From contig CBDAOY010000008.1 in assembly GCA_965198225.1 (NCBI GenBank), forward strand, positions 960,001-1,024,000: a DNA stretch of 64,000 bases, given 5' to 3'. The translations under genes were made by a program, and so were the position numbers. Under the pieces are notes generated by a model. That model worked only from the letters and a program-made list of their open reading frames with translations. It was not told the DNA's origin and did no database searches. Shown one piece after another: positions 46,829-55,256 of the stretch. The DNA comes from Terriglobia bacterium. Lineage in GTDB: Bacteria; Acidobacteriota; Terriglobia; 20CM-2-55-15. Within the stretch, counting starts at the first letter, position 1. Every line of letters starts with the position of its first letter.

Positions 46829-47738
46829 GTCTTTGGCCGACCTCGGAGCCTTCGAACAGACCCAGGTCTTCGACCACGCTTCTCAGCCTCGCCTTGTTTT
46901 CGGGCGCCATCGGGACGAGGGGCAGACGGTACCTCTCGTCAATCATGCCCATCATCGCGAGCGCGGCTTTGACCGGAATGGGATTGGTTTCGATGAAGTT
47001 CGCTCTCATCAACGGCAGGAGCCGGTAGTGCAGGGCCCTGGCCCTATCCAGATCGCCGGCGAGGGCGGCATCCACCATATCGTGGATCATGGTCGGCGCT
47101 TCATTTGCGGCGACGGAGACCACGCCGTCGCCTCCTAGAGCCACCATCGGCAGCGTCGCCCAATCGTCCCCGGACAGCACGCTGAAGCCGTCGGGACGAT
47201 TCCGGATGATCTCCATCACCTGATCGAAGTCTCCGGAGGATTCCTTCACCGCGACGATGCCCGGCAAGTCGGCCAACCGCAGCATCGTTTCAGCCGAGAT
47301 GTTACTGCTCGTACGGCTCGGCACGTTATAGACGACAACGGGAATGTCGTCGGCTTCAGCGATCGCCTTGAAATGCTCGTAGAACCCGGCCTGTGTGGGT
47401 TTGTTGTAGTAAGGCCCGACCGATAGAACCCCGTCGGCGCCCAGCCTCCGGGCAGTGCGGGTCAACTTGACGGCTCGCTCGGTCGAATTGCAGCCGGCCC
47501 CGGCGATCACAGGGACCCGGCCCGCGACGCGCTCCACGATCGACCCGATCACGCGTTCGTATTCGTCGCCCTCCATTGTGGCGCCTTCACCGGTCGTCCC
47601 GCAGGGCACGATCATGTCGATTCCAGCGTCAATCTGGAAGTCAACAAGGTGCGCCAGAGAGGCTTCATCGATGGATCCTCCGGGCGCGAAAGGCGTGACA
47701 AGGGCGGTGCCCGTCCCTCGAAATCTCTGCTTTGTCAT
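46818..47738 (-). CDS. dapA: 4-hydroxy-tetrahydrodipicolinate synthase
   Basis: ALVTPF, GTTGE, PYYNKP, YNVPSRT, VKESSG and ETNPIPVK motifs. Confidence 0.97.
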   Translation of the reverse strand: MTKQRFRGTGTALVTPFAPGGSIDEASLAHLVDFQIDAGIDMIVPCGTTGEGATMEGDEYERVIGSIVERVAGRVPVIAGAGCNSTERAVKLTRTARRLGADGVLSVGPYYNKPTQAGFYEHFKAIAEADDIPVVVYNVPSRTSSNISAETMLRLADLPGIVAVKESSGDFDQVMEIIRNRPDGFSVLSGDDWATLPMVALGGDGVVSVAANEAPTMIHDMVDAALAGDLDRARALHYRLLPLMRANFIETNPIPVKAALAMMGMIDERYRLPLVPMAPENKARLRSVVEDLGLFEGSEVGQRHGE

Positions 47739-47780
47739 CCTCTTAGACCTTTTCCATGCATTGTCGACGAAGCCGGGCCA

Positions 47781-48488
47781 TTACAGGTCCACATCGTCCA
47801 TGGTGAACACACCCGTGCGGCCCCGTACCCAGTGTGCCGCTTTGAGCGCACCCAGAGCGAACCCTGTCCGGTTTCTCGAAACGTGGCGGAGCTCTATGGT
47901 GTCCGCTTCCGACTCAAAACCCACGGTGTGCGATGCCGGCACACTGCCGGCGCGGATCGAGGCGATGTGGAGGTTTTCAGGCGCCACGCCACCGGTGGGA
48001 TCGGTTTGGATTCGCACCTTCCTTCCGATGGCATCGAGGAGGATTCCTCCGATGCGCAGGGCTGTTCCGCTGGGGTTGTCTACCTTGTCACGGTTGTGCT
48101 GCTCCATTATGTAGGGATCGTAATCGGAGTCACCGTCTGCCAACTCGGCCGCCTTCCTCACGATCCTGTAGAACATGTTCATACCCACGGAGAAGTTTTG
48201 CGCGTAAAGCAGCGCCGAGCCAGAAAACCACTTCTTCACCTCGTCGAGATCGTCGTACCACCCCGTGGTGCCCTGAACGATGTCGACTCCGCACTCCGAG
48301 GCCAGGCGCATGTTGTCGACGGCCGATTCAGGAACCGAGAAATCGATACAAACATCGGCACCCTCCAGGCCACCGCGCTCGAGCGGTCGGTCCACGTCGA
48401 AAACCTCGGATATCTCATCACCGAAGTCTCCCGCGACTCGTTCGACCTCGAGTCCCATTTTGCCGTGACCGATGAGCACTAGTTTCAT
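47781..48488 (-). CDS. dapB: 4-hydroxy-tetrahydrodipicolinate reductase
   Basis: GHGKMG, DFS, GTTG, NFSVG, H..KVDNPSGTA and GFALGA motifs. Confidence 0.95.
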   Translation of the reverse strand: MKLVLIGHGKMGLEVERVAGDFGDEISEVFDVDRPLERGGLEGADVCIDFSVPESAVDNMRLASECGVDIVQGTTGWYDDLDEVKKWFSGSALLYAQNFSVGMNMFYRIVRKAAELADGDSDYDPYIMEQHNRDKVDNPSGTALRIGGILLDAIGRKVRIQTDPTGGVAPENLHIASIRAGSVPASHTVGFESEADTIELRHVSRNRTGFALGALKAAHWVRGRTGVFTMDDVDL

Positions 48489-48494
48489 GGAGTG

Positions 48495-49484
48495 TCAGGA
48501 TGCCAGTTGCCGTGCGAGGTTGTGGTAGAGATCAACGCCCTGGAGCAGGTCCTTCTTGAGTATTTTCTCGTTCGCCGTGTGCGCATCGAGAATCGATCCG
48601 GGACCGACGAGCAAGGCCTTCCCCAGGTTGCCGAGATAGGGAACATCGCTGCCGAACGACACGACGGTGTGGGGGAACCCGTCCACGACGTGCATGTACT
48701 GCGGCGATGCTCCACTGCGGACATGGATTTCGGCCCGCTCGCCGACGACCCCCCGCAGCCGCTCTTCGGCAGCGGGAACCTCTTCGACCGTTCGCACCAT
48801 CACCGAAGCCAGCGCATTCGGCGCAACGATATTCGCCCGCTCCCCTGCCTCCAGTACGCCGACGTTGAAGGTTCCCGACCCTAGGACCGCATCCGCACCC
48901 CAATCGGCATGGATGCAATCGTGGAGAACCTCGATCAGCGGATCCAAGGCGGAAACGCCCATCTCCGGGTAGCCGGAATGCGCAGCTTTGCCCCGAACCC
49001 TCAAGTCTGCGAGCAGAGTGCCCTTCTGCGCTCGCGCGAGTTTGTTTTCCGTCGGTTCGCCGACGATGACGTATTCCGACTCCCAGTTCAACGTGTTGGC
49101 GGCCTTGGCTCCGTCTCCACCGGTTTCCTCACCCACGACGAGCAGGAACGCAAAATTCGAAAATCCGTCCTGGCGCAATCGGCGCGCCGCCTCCACCATG
49201 GCGGCTATTATGCCCTTCGTGTCGCAGGCGCCTCTGCCGTAGAGAAACGAGTCGTCTTCCGACACGGGCAGGTGAGGTGGAACCGTGTCGATGTGGGTGC
49301 AGAACACGAGCTTCGGATCACCCGCGTAGGCCATCACGTTGAACCGACCGTCGGTGACCGGCTGTGTGTCGATCCGGTACTCCTGGCCCTCAAGAAACGA
49401 GGCGAGGAACCGACCGACCTCGCCTTCGGTTCCCGTAACCGACGGGATCGACATCAGTTGTTTGGTCAGCTCGAAAGGATCCAT
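48495..49484 (-). CDS. M20 metallohydrolase, probable DapE-type desuccinylase
   Basis: HIDTVP, GRGACDTKG, GEE, GEPT and AHT.NE motifs; first gene of the dapB-dapA-dapD run. Confidence 0.8.
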   Translation of the reverse strand: MDPFELTKQLMSIPSVTGTEGEVGRFLASFLEGQEYRIDTQPVTDGRFNVMAYAGDPKLVFCTHIDTVPPHLPVSEDDSFLYGRGACDTKGIIAAMVEAARRLRQDGFSNFAFLLVVGEETGGDGAKAANTLNWESEYVIVGEPTENKLARAQKGTLLADLRVRGKAAHSGYPEMGVSALDPLIEVLHDCIHADWGADAVLGSGTFNVGVLEAGERANIVAPNALASVMVRTVEEVPAAEERLRGVVGERAEIHVRSGASPQYMHVVDGFPHTVVSFGSDVPYLGNLGKALLVGPGSILDAHTANEKILKKDLLQGVDLYHNLARQLAS

Positions 49485-49574
49485 GACTCAATGATATCAG
49501 CGGCGGAAACAGTTCCGCGCACGTCGTGCATCATTATAGATCGGCAGATCGGCACGGCTGCTACAATCTCTTTC

Positions 49575-49910
49575 ATGCTCAACGACGACGATTTCGCCAA
49601 GCAGAGCGCCGAAGCCCTGGAAGCTCTCAATAGAGGCCTGGACCGGGTAGCCGACGAACACGAAGTCGAGATTCTGTACCAGTCCGGAGTCCTGACCCTC
49701 GAGATCGAGGAACCCACGATTTCAAAGATCGTGATCAGCCCGAACAGCCCGGCTCGCCAGGTTTGGATATCGGCCCAGTCCACCAGCTTCAAACTGGACT
49801 GGTCGGCCGGAAAAGAAGCGTTCGTGCTCCCATCGACGGGCGAAACCCTGAACCAGCTCGTCGGACGGCTCGCCGGCGAGGAAGTCGGCGTGGAGCCTTT
49901 CGCTCTCTAG
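49575..49910 (+). CDS. cyaY: Frataxin-like iron donor protein
   Basis: Acidic N-terminal helix, GVLTLE, IVISPNSPARQVWIS; real start inside track ORF 48909-49910. Confidence 0.85.
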   Translation: MLNDDDFAKQSAEALEALNRGLDRVADEHEVEILYQSGVLTLEIEEPTISKIVISPNSPARQVWISAQSTSFKLDWSAGKEAFVLPSTGETLNQLVGRLAGEEVGVEPFAL

Positions 49911-49927
49911 TAGCCTGTAACGAAGAC

Positions 49928-50302
49928 ATGAGAATCAATCACGTTACCCACAACATCTCAAGGGACAACGTCGAAGCGGCACGCCGTTTCTACTCCGAGA
50001 GCCTGGGCCTCGTGGAGGTTCCCGCGACCCTCGATCCGACCGGTAAACGCTTGATCTGGTACCGTCTCGGATCCCACCTCCTGCATCTATCGATTCGCGA
50101 TCAGGCCGACGCTCGATCGACGCGACATGTCGCGGTGGTGATCAATGATTTCGAGGAGTGTCTGTCCCGTTTGGAGGAGAATGACGTCCCCTGCGATCGA
50201 TGGGATGCCGGCAGCCTTTGGAGAGTTCTTCCGAATGGAACCCGTTCCGCATTCTGCTACGACCCGGACGGGAATCGAATAGAATTGCTGGACACGGAAT
50301 GA
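49928..50302 (+). CDS. VOC/glyoxalase family protein
   Basis: INHVT, RFYSESLGL, HVA and DPDGNRIEL motifs. Confidence 0.88.
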   Translation: MRINHVTHNISRDNVEAARRFYSESLGLVEVPATLDPTGKRLIWYRLGSHLLHLSIRDQADARSTRHVAVVINDFEECLSRLEENDVPCDRWDAGSLWRVLPNGTRSAFCYDPDGNRIELLDTE

Positions 50303-50371
50303 AGCCGCACGCCGGCGTGCGGCAGTGGCCAGTAGTTGTTGAGGGTCGCTCTACCAACGTATTTTTGCTCG

Positions 50372-50635
50372 TCACCATCCACCGCTCAGGGCGCAGATTA
50401 TCTGGATTTCATCCGAGGAATTGATCGTGCCCGCCAGGTCCCGCTGCTGTTCTTCGTTTACGAAGATCTTAATGTGCTCGCGGACCTGGTCCTGCTCGTC
50501 GATGATCCGAAAACGGAAGCCGGGATAATCCGAATCCAGGTGCCGGAGTAGTTCGCCGACGGTTCTACCCTCGGCATGAACCACGTTGGACTGGTTCGTG
50601 TAAGATCTCAGCGGGCCCGGGATGAAGACCTTCAT
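50372..50635 (-). CDS. MoaD/ThiS family ubiquitin-like protein
   Basis: IPGPLRSYT...IFVN...ALSGGW beta-grasp signature. Confidence 0.88.
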   Translation of the reverse strand: MKVFIPGPLRSYTNQSNVVHAEGRTVGELLRHLDSDYPGFRFRIIDEQDQVREHIKIFVNEEQQRDLAGTINSSDEIQIICALSGGW

Positions 50636-51804
50636 CAGGTCACGCCGACCGACTCGATGGAATAGATTTCCGGAAGGTGCTCGGCCAGCCGCCTCCAGCT
50701 CCCCCCCTCATTCCGACTGGCCCAGACCTCACCGCTCGTTGTGCCGAAGTAGAGACCCAGAGGGTCGCGACCGTCGTGGGACATTGCCTGACGCTTGACG
50801 GTGAACCAGGCATCCGACGTCGGCAGCCCCTGGTCCAGTCGCTTCCAGCTGCGCCCCGCATTGCGGGACACGTAAGCGGCCGGCTTCCCTCCCGGGCTCG
50901 TACGTGGCCAGACCATCGTTCCATCCATCGGGAAAACCCACACCGTGTCCGGGTCCCGAGGGTCGAGGACGATCGGAAAACCAATGTCTCCGATGGTCTT
51001 GGGCATGTTGCTGCCGATTCGAATCCAGTGTCCGTCGGCACGATCCATCCGGTAGATGCCGCAGTGGTTCTGCTGGTACAGCCGGTCCGGGTTCAACGGA
51101 TGCAACTGCAGGTTGTGCGGGTCATGGCCGTATTCGGCTTCGGCGACAGGCAGGAAGTCCGCCGCGCAGCCCTTGTTCAATGGCTTCCAATCCTCGCCCT
51201 GGTCCACCGACTCGAAGACTCCTCCCATCGACATACCGATGTACATGTGTTTTCGATCTCTCGGGTCCACCAGGATCGAATGCATCTTGGGTCCGTCAGG
51301 CGTCCCATCCTGACCTCCGCCAACCCAATCGAAACGCTTCCGGTTTTCGTTAAACCCCTTGACTCCCTCCCAGGTGCGGCCTCGATCTTCAGAACGAAAG
51401 AGTCCCTGAGGCGACGAGCCCGCATACCAGACGTCCGGTTCGGAGGCGTGACCGGACGCCAACCAGAAGACGTGGTTGACGACCAGCGGCTTGCGGCCCC
51501 GACCCGCTTTCTCGAATGCCGGTGGGCGTTCCGCCTCCTTCCAAGACCGGCCCGCGTTCGTGGATCTAAACACCGTCGGACCAAGGTGTCCGGTACGCGC
51601 GGCGACAAGCATCGTCTTTCGGTCCCGAGGGTCGAGAACGATGTGATAGACAATGTGCCCCAGAAACATGGGCTTCGACAGCTTCCAACTGCGGCGCGAC
51701 CTGTCGCCCTGCAGGAAGAAACCGCCTTTTCGTGTCCCTATCAACAGTCTCGGACCGTCGTTTCGAACCCGGCCTCTGACGGATTTTGATCCCGTAGGTT
51801 TCAC
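50635..51804 (-). CDS. BNR/Asp-box beta-propeller protein (sialidase-like fold)
   Basis: IGTRKG, repeated S-x-D/N-x-G-x-S/T-W boxes, QQNHCG and YFGTTSG. Confidence 0.88.
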   Translation of the reverse strand: MKPTGSKSVRGRVRNDGPRLLIGTRKGGFFLQGDRSRRSWKLSKPMFLGHIVYHIVLDPRDRKTMLVAARTGHLGPTVFRSTNAGRSWKEAERPPAFEKAGRGRKPLVVNHVFWLASGHASEPDVWYAGSSPQGLFRSEDRGRTWEGVKGFNENRKRFDWVGGGQDGTPDGPKMHSILVDPRDRKHMYIGMSMGGVFESVDQGEDWKPLNKGCAADFLPVAEAEYGHDPHNLQLHPLNPDRLYQQNHCGIYRMDRADGHWIRIGSNMPKTIGDIGFPIVLDPRDPDTVWVFPMDGTMVWPRTSPGGKPAAYVSRNAGRSWKRLDQGLPTSDAWFTVKRQAMSHDGRDPLGLYFGTTSGEVWASRNEGGSWRRLAEHLPEIYSIESVGVT

Positions 51805-51805
51805 T

Positions 51806-52858
51806 TCACCACTCCCCTTCGTCTTTGGTGTAGGTTCCTCCGACGCGACGGAAGAGCTCCTGGATTTCGTCGACCCCGACCTCGGCGCCCAGAGCCAGCA
51901 TGAGGACGATGCGTGCTTTCAGCCCGTCCAGGTCTTCACCTTCGATCACGCCCGCCTCCACCAGCCGCGAGGACAACGCTACACGGCCTTCGACCGTCCG
52001 CGACACCACCACGACTACCTGGCCCGCCGCCAACGCCGCAGTCAACGCCTCCATCACAGGACGCGGCATGTTGCCCCGTCCGAAGGCTTCGATCACGATA
52101 CCCCGTGCGCCTGTGTCGGTCGAATGCCGGATAAATTTCCCCGTGTCGCCGACAACCAGGCGCACAAGATCGACTCCAGGTTCGACTCGGGAGGCAGAAA
52201 TCCTGACGCGGTTCAACGGCTTCGAATAGAAGATGACTTTCCCCTGATCGATCGTCCCGAGTATTCCCTTCTTCCCCGACTCGAACGATTCGACCGCCAC
52301 CGAGTGATGCTTCGTCACATATCGAGCGGCATGCAGATCGTCATTCAGGGCAACCAGGACCCCCATGTCCCGAGCATTCGGGGACATCGCGGTCCGAATC
52401 GCGGCTTCGAGGTTCCGAGGCCCGTCGGAATCGGAGACACGCGGCGCCCGTTGCGCGGCGGCAAAAACCACCGGACGCGAATCGTCGTGGAGCAGATCCA
52501 CGAAGAAAGCCGTCTCCTCGAGTGAGTCGGTCCCGTGAGTGATCACGATACCCGCCAGGTCCTCCCGGCTCTCGAAGAGCTCTCCAACGCGACTGGCGAG
52601 ACGAAACTGGATCTCGGGGGTCATCGACGAACTGCCGATCCTCGAAAAGTCCTCCTCCTCGATCTGAACGTTGTCCTTGAGCGAAGGAACCAGAGCGACG
52701 AGATCCGACGCACTCAGGCTGCGGGGTCGACCGGTTTCCGCATCGACTCCCCCTGATATCGTTCCGCCGGTTCCGATCACGAAGACCTTCGGGACCGGGA
52801 GGGTTTGGGAAGGAGCCGGGATGGACACCGCGAGGACAAAAATCAGCGACCTGAGCAT
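51806..52858 (-). CDS. L-asparaginase with signal peptide
   Basis: TGGTI, THGTDSLEET and SDGPRNL motifs; start MLRSL at 52858. Confidence 0.92.
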   Translation of the reverse strand: MLRSLIFVLAVSIPAPSQTLPVPKVFVIGTGGTISGGVDAETGRPRSLSASDLVALVPSLKDNVQIEEEDFSRIGSSSMTPEIQFRLASRVGELFESREDLAGIVITHGTDSLEETAFFVDLLHDDSRPVVFAAAQRAPRVSDSDGPRNLEAAIRTAMSPNARDMGVLVALNDDLHAARYVTKHHSVAVESFESGKKGILGTIDQGKVIFYSKPLNRVRISASRVEPGVDLVRLVVGDTGKFIRHSTDTGARGIVIEAFGRGNMPRPVMEALTAALAAGQVVVVVSRTVEGRVALSSRLVEAGVIEGEDLDGLKARIVLMLALGAEVGVDEIQELFRRVGGTYTKDEGEW

Positions 52859-52948
52859 CGTGTCAGAGATCTTACTCGCTGCCAAAAGCAATGCCAAGTC
52901 GGTGGGCGGAGGTCGATCTCACTTACACTTGCACGGAAGGAAGAAGCC

Positions 52949-53035
52949 GCCACGGATTACACAGATTACACGGATAGGAAGGGGCCTGCTGCGGGAAGAC
53001 CACCCTCAATCCGGTAAATCCGTGCAATCCGTGGC
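52949..53035. repeat. Palindromic repeat with 9-bp periodicity (CCACGGATT family), copy 1
   Basis: GCCACGGATTACACAGATTACACGGAT ... ATCCGGTAAATCCGTGCAATCCGTGGC; reverse complement of the copies at 61532 and 63104. Confidence 0.85.
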
Positions 53036-53085
53036 TGGATTTGTCCCTCCGTCGGGTGCGCTACCATTTTCAGAGCTGAAGACGA

Positions 53086-53607
53086 TCAGGCAGCAGGCGA
53101 GCTCCGATGCAGCCAGAAAGCCACGACGCCCGCCAGTGTCAGCTTCGCGAAATCGATGACTGTGTATGCCGCGTGCAGCAACCCGAACGTCGCCAATTCC
53201 GGCGGCGCCGGATCTCTCCCTACGAAATCCAGCGCCCGGCCGATCGACAGGATCCCGGGTGTGAGACCGATCGCGAGGATCACGACCAGAAGCAGCATCA
53301 CCGCCACACCCCGGCGAATGCGGCGGGGCTCGATCGAGTAGACGAGCCAGAGAGAGACGCCCGCGATCCCGAGTTGCGCGAAGTTCCATAGCTGGAAGAA
53401 GAGGCGATTCAGCTCCGAGGAAAGGTACCGCATGAAGTCGCGCGCCTGCGCCCGGCCGAGCTCGGCAACCACGCCGCCGAACGTCTCGTTCGGACTCTGG
53501 TCGAGCAGGCGATCGATTGTGTAGAAGTTCTCGGTCGCAACGAGAGCCATGAACAGGCTCCCCGCGAGCCACACGCCCATCAGAAAGATCCCCGCGTCAC
53601 GTCTCAT
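53086..53607 (-). CDS. Four-TM membrane protein (DUF4149-like)
   Basis: Four hydrophobic helices; FGLLHAAY motif. Confidence 0.7.
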   Translation of the reverse strand: MRRDAGIFLMGVWLAGSLFMALVATENFYTIDRLLDQSPNETFGGVVAELGRAQARDFMRYLSSELNRLFFQLWNFAQLGIAGVSLWLVYSIEPRRIRRGVAVMLLLVVILAIGLTPGILSIGRALDFVGRDPAPPELATFGLLHAAYTVIDFAKLTLAGVVAFWLHRSSPAA

Positions 53608-53620
53608 ATATCTGCTTGCA

Positions 53621-54337
53621 CTAGCGGCGCCGGATGACGCCCTTGGCGTTCAGAGCGAACCCTTCGGGGAGAGTCTCCTCTATCTTGGGACGGAAACCCT
53701 TCACCGCCCAGTCGCGTTCGGCGAAGAGGTCGGCGATTTTCAACCGGATCCGGGGACGATCTTCGGCATCGAGAAAGGCTTGGAGCAGGGTTTCCCTCTC
53801 CGAAGAACCGATCTCGACGAGGCCTTCGATCGCGGCTATCCGGACGTCGTCATCGGAGTCTCCCAGAAATCCCCGCAGCAACCCCGCCATTTCAGCCGAA
53901 ACGTGTCCCCCAACGGCGCGAAGCAGGCTCACGCGGTGTTCGGGCGCGGCAAATTCGCTTAGCGCGACGGTCTCTATCGTCTCGACGAGATGTCGGACGA
54001 GTTCCTCTTGAGGAACAATCCGTGCCAGGGCCCGGACCGGCCAGTCGACCTGGTGGTTTGTCTTCATGAACCGGAGCAGAGGCTCGACCGAAGCATCGGC
54101 GAGCCCCACGAGCATGTCGACGACAATCCGTTTCTCTTCGATGTCCTGCGTGATCACGCGTGAAGACACCGTGAAACGTTTCACGAGACCGAAGATGGCC
54201 TCAGGTGTGCCCCAGCCTGCCAGCCTCTCGGCCGCCTCGATTCGGGGACCCTGTTCGCCGTGAGGTTCGGTAAGCCTCTTGACTGTCTTTTGGATCTGCT
54301 TTGGCGAAGGTTGGCCTCGCCGGAAAAGGTCAAACAT
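53621..54337 (-). CDS. HEAT-repeat protein
   Basis: Helical repeats such as LGDSDDDVRIAAIEGL. Confidence 0.75.
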   Translation of the reverse strand: MFDLFRRGQPSPKQIQKTVKRLTEPHGEQGPRIEAAERLAGWGTPEAIFGLVKRFTVSSRVITQDIEEKRIVVDMLVGLADASVEPLLRFMKTNHQVDWPVRALARIVPQEELVRHLVETIETVALSEFAAPEHRVSLLRAVGGHVSAEMAGLLRGFLGDSDDDVRIAAIEGLVEIGSSERETLLQAFLDAEDRPRIRLKIADLFAERDWAVKGFRPKIEETLPEGFALNAKGVIRRR

Positions 54338-54350
54338 CGTTGTGGGTCGG

Positions 54351-55148
54351 CTAGTCGGGAAGCCGCGTCAGGGAGAATGGATCGACGCGGGCATTCTGAA
54401 TCCGGAACCCCCAGTGAAGATGTGGTCCTGTCACCCGCCCCGTGGCACCGACCAAACCCACCGTCGCTCCCTTGTCGGCGATGTCGCCCTCTGCAACGTC
54501 AATCCTCGAAAGATGGAGGTACATGGAGTAGATTCCCAGCCCGTGATCGAGTATGACCGTGTTGCCGTTGAAGAAGAAATCACCCGTCACGATTACACGG
54601 CCCCGGTTCGCCGCTGACACGGGTGTCCCGGTCGTGGCGGAGATGTCCGCACCGGAATGCGGATTCCTCGGTTGATCGTTGAACACACGACGATGCCCGA
54701 AGTTGCTGCCTTCGCCCTCCGGAATCGGCACGTCGAAGGGTTCCCTCCAGAGAATTTCTGGTGTGACGGTGCGGAATACCGCGCCGAGTCGCCGGCTTTC
54801 GCGGTTGGCACGCGCCAGATTTTCCGGGCTCAGTTCGACGAACCGGGGTTCGACTGTGAGTCGGGTGATCGGAAAAGACTTGTCGGTGACGCGCACGATC
54901 TCTCGGCGCTCCTCATTCCGGCCGTCGGCGAAGTGGAAGGACACGGTGGCGGGGTGATCCCCCGGACTCATGTCCAGGTCGGCTCCGATGATCGTGATCC
55001 ATCGATCGTCGACCCGAGCGAGTGGCACGTCCCGGTTCCGCCACTGGATCTCGACCTGCGTCAACCCTTCTTCATGAGGGTAGTCGACACGCAACGCGTC
55101 TCCCTGAACGACCGAGAAGACGATCAGCATCAATGTCAGTATCGACAT
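54351..55148 (-). CDS. M23 family metallopeptidase
   Basis: HSGAD, YLHL and TGPHLH motifs; signal peptide. Confidence 0.93.
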   Translation of the reverse strand: MSILTLMLIVFSVVQGDALRVDYPHEEGLTQVEIQWRNRDVPLARVDDRWITIIGADLDMSPGDHPATVSFHFADGRNEERREIVRVTDKSFPITRLTVEPRFVELSPENLARANRESRRLGAVFRTVTPEILWREPFDVPIPEGEGSNFGHRRVFNDQPRNPHSGADISATTGTPVSAANRGRVIVTGDFFFNGNTVILDHGLGIYSMYLHLSRIDVAEGDIADKGATVGLVGATGRVTGPHLHWGFRIQNARVDPFSLTRLPD

Positions 55149-55213
55149 CTCACCTCCGGTAGGGACAAAGAACCACTTTAATTATTTTACGACAGGAAGG
55201 GACTGATTAGGGT

Positions 55214-55228
55214 CTAGTGGCCTGTAAC
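55214..55228 (+). repeat. Solo end of the CTAGTGGCCTGTAAC MITE family
   Basis: Exact CTAGTGGCCTGTAAC with no partner end nearby. Confidence 0.55.
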
Positions 55229-55256
55229 GGCAGTCTGGTGGCCCGCGAAAGCACCT

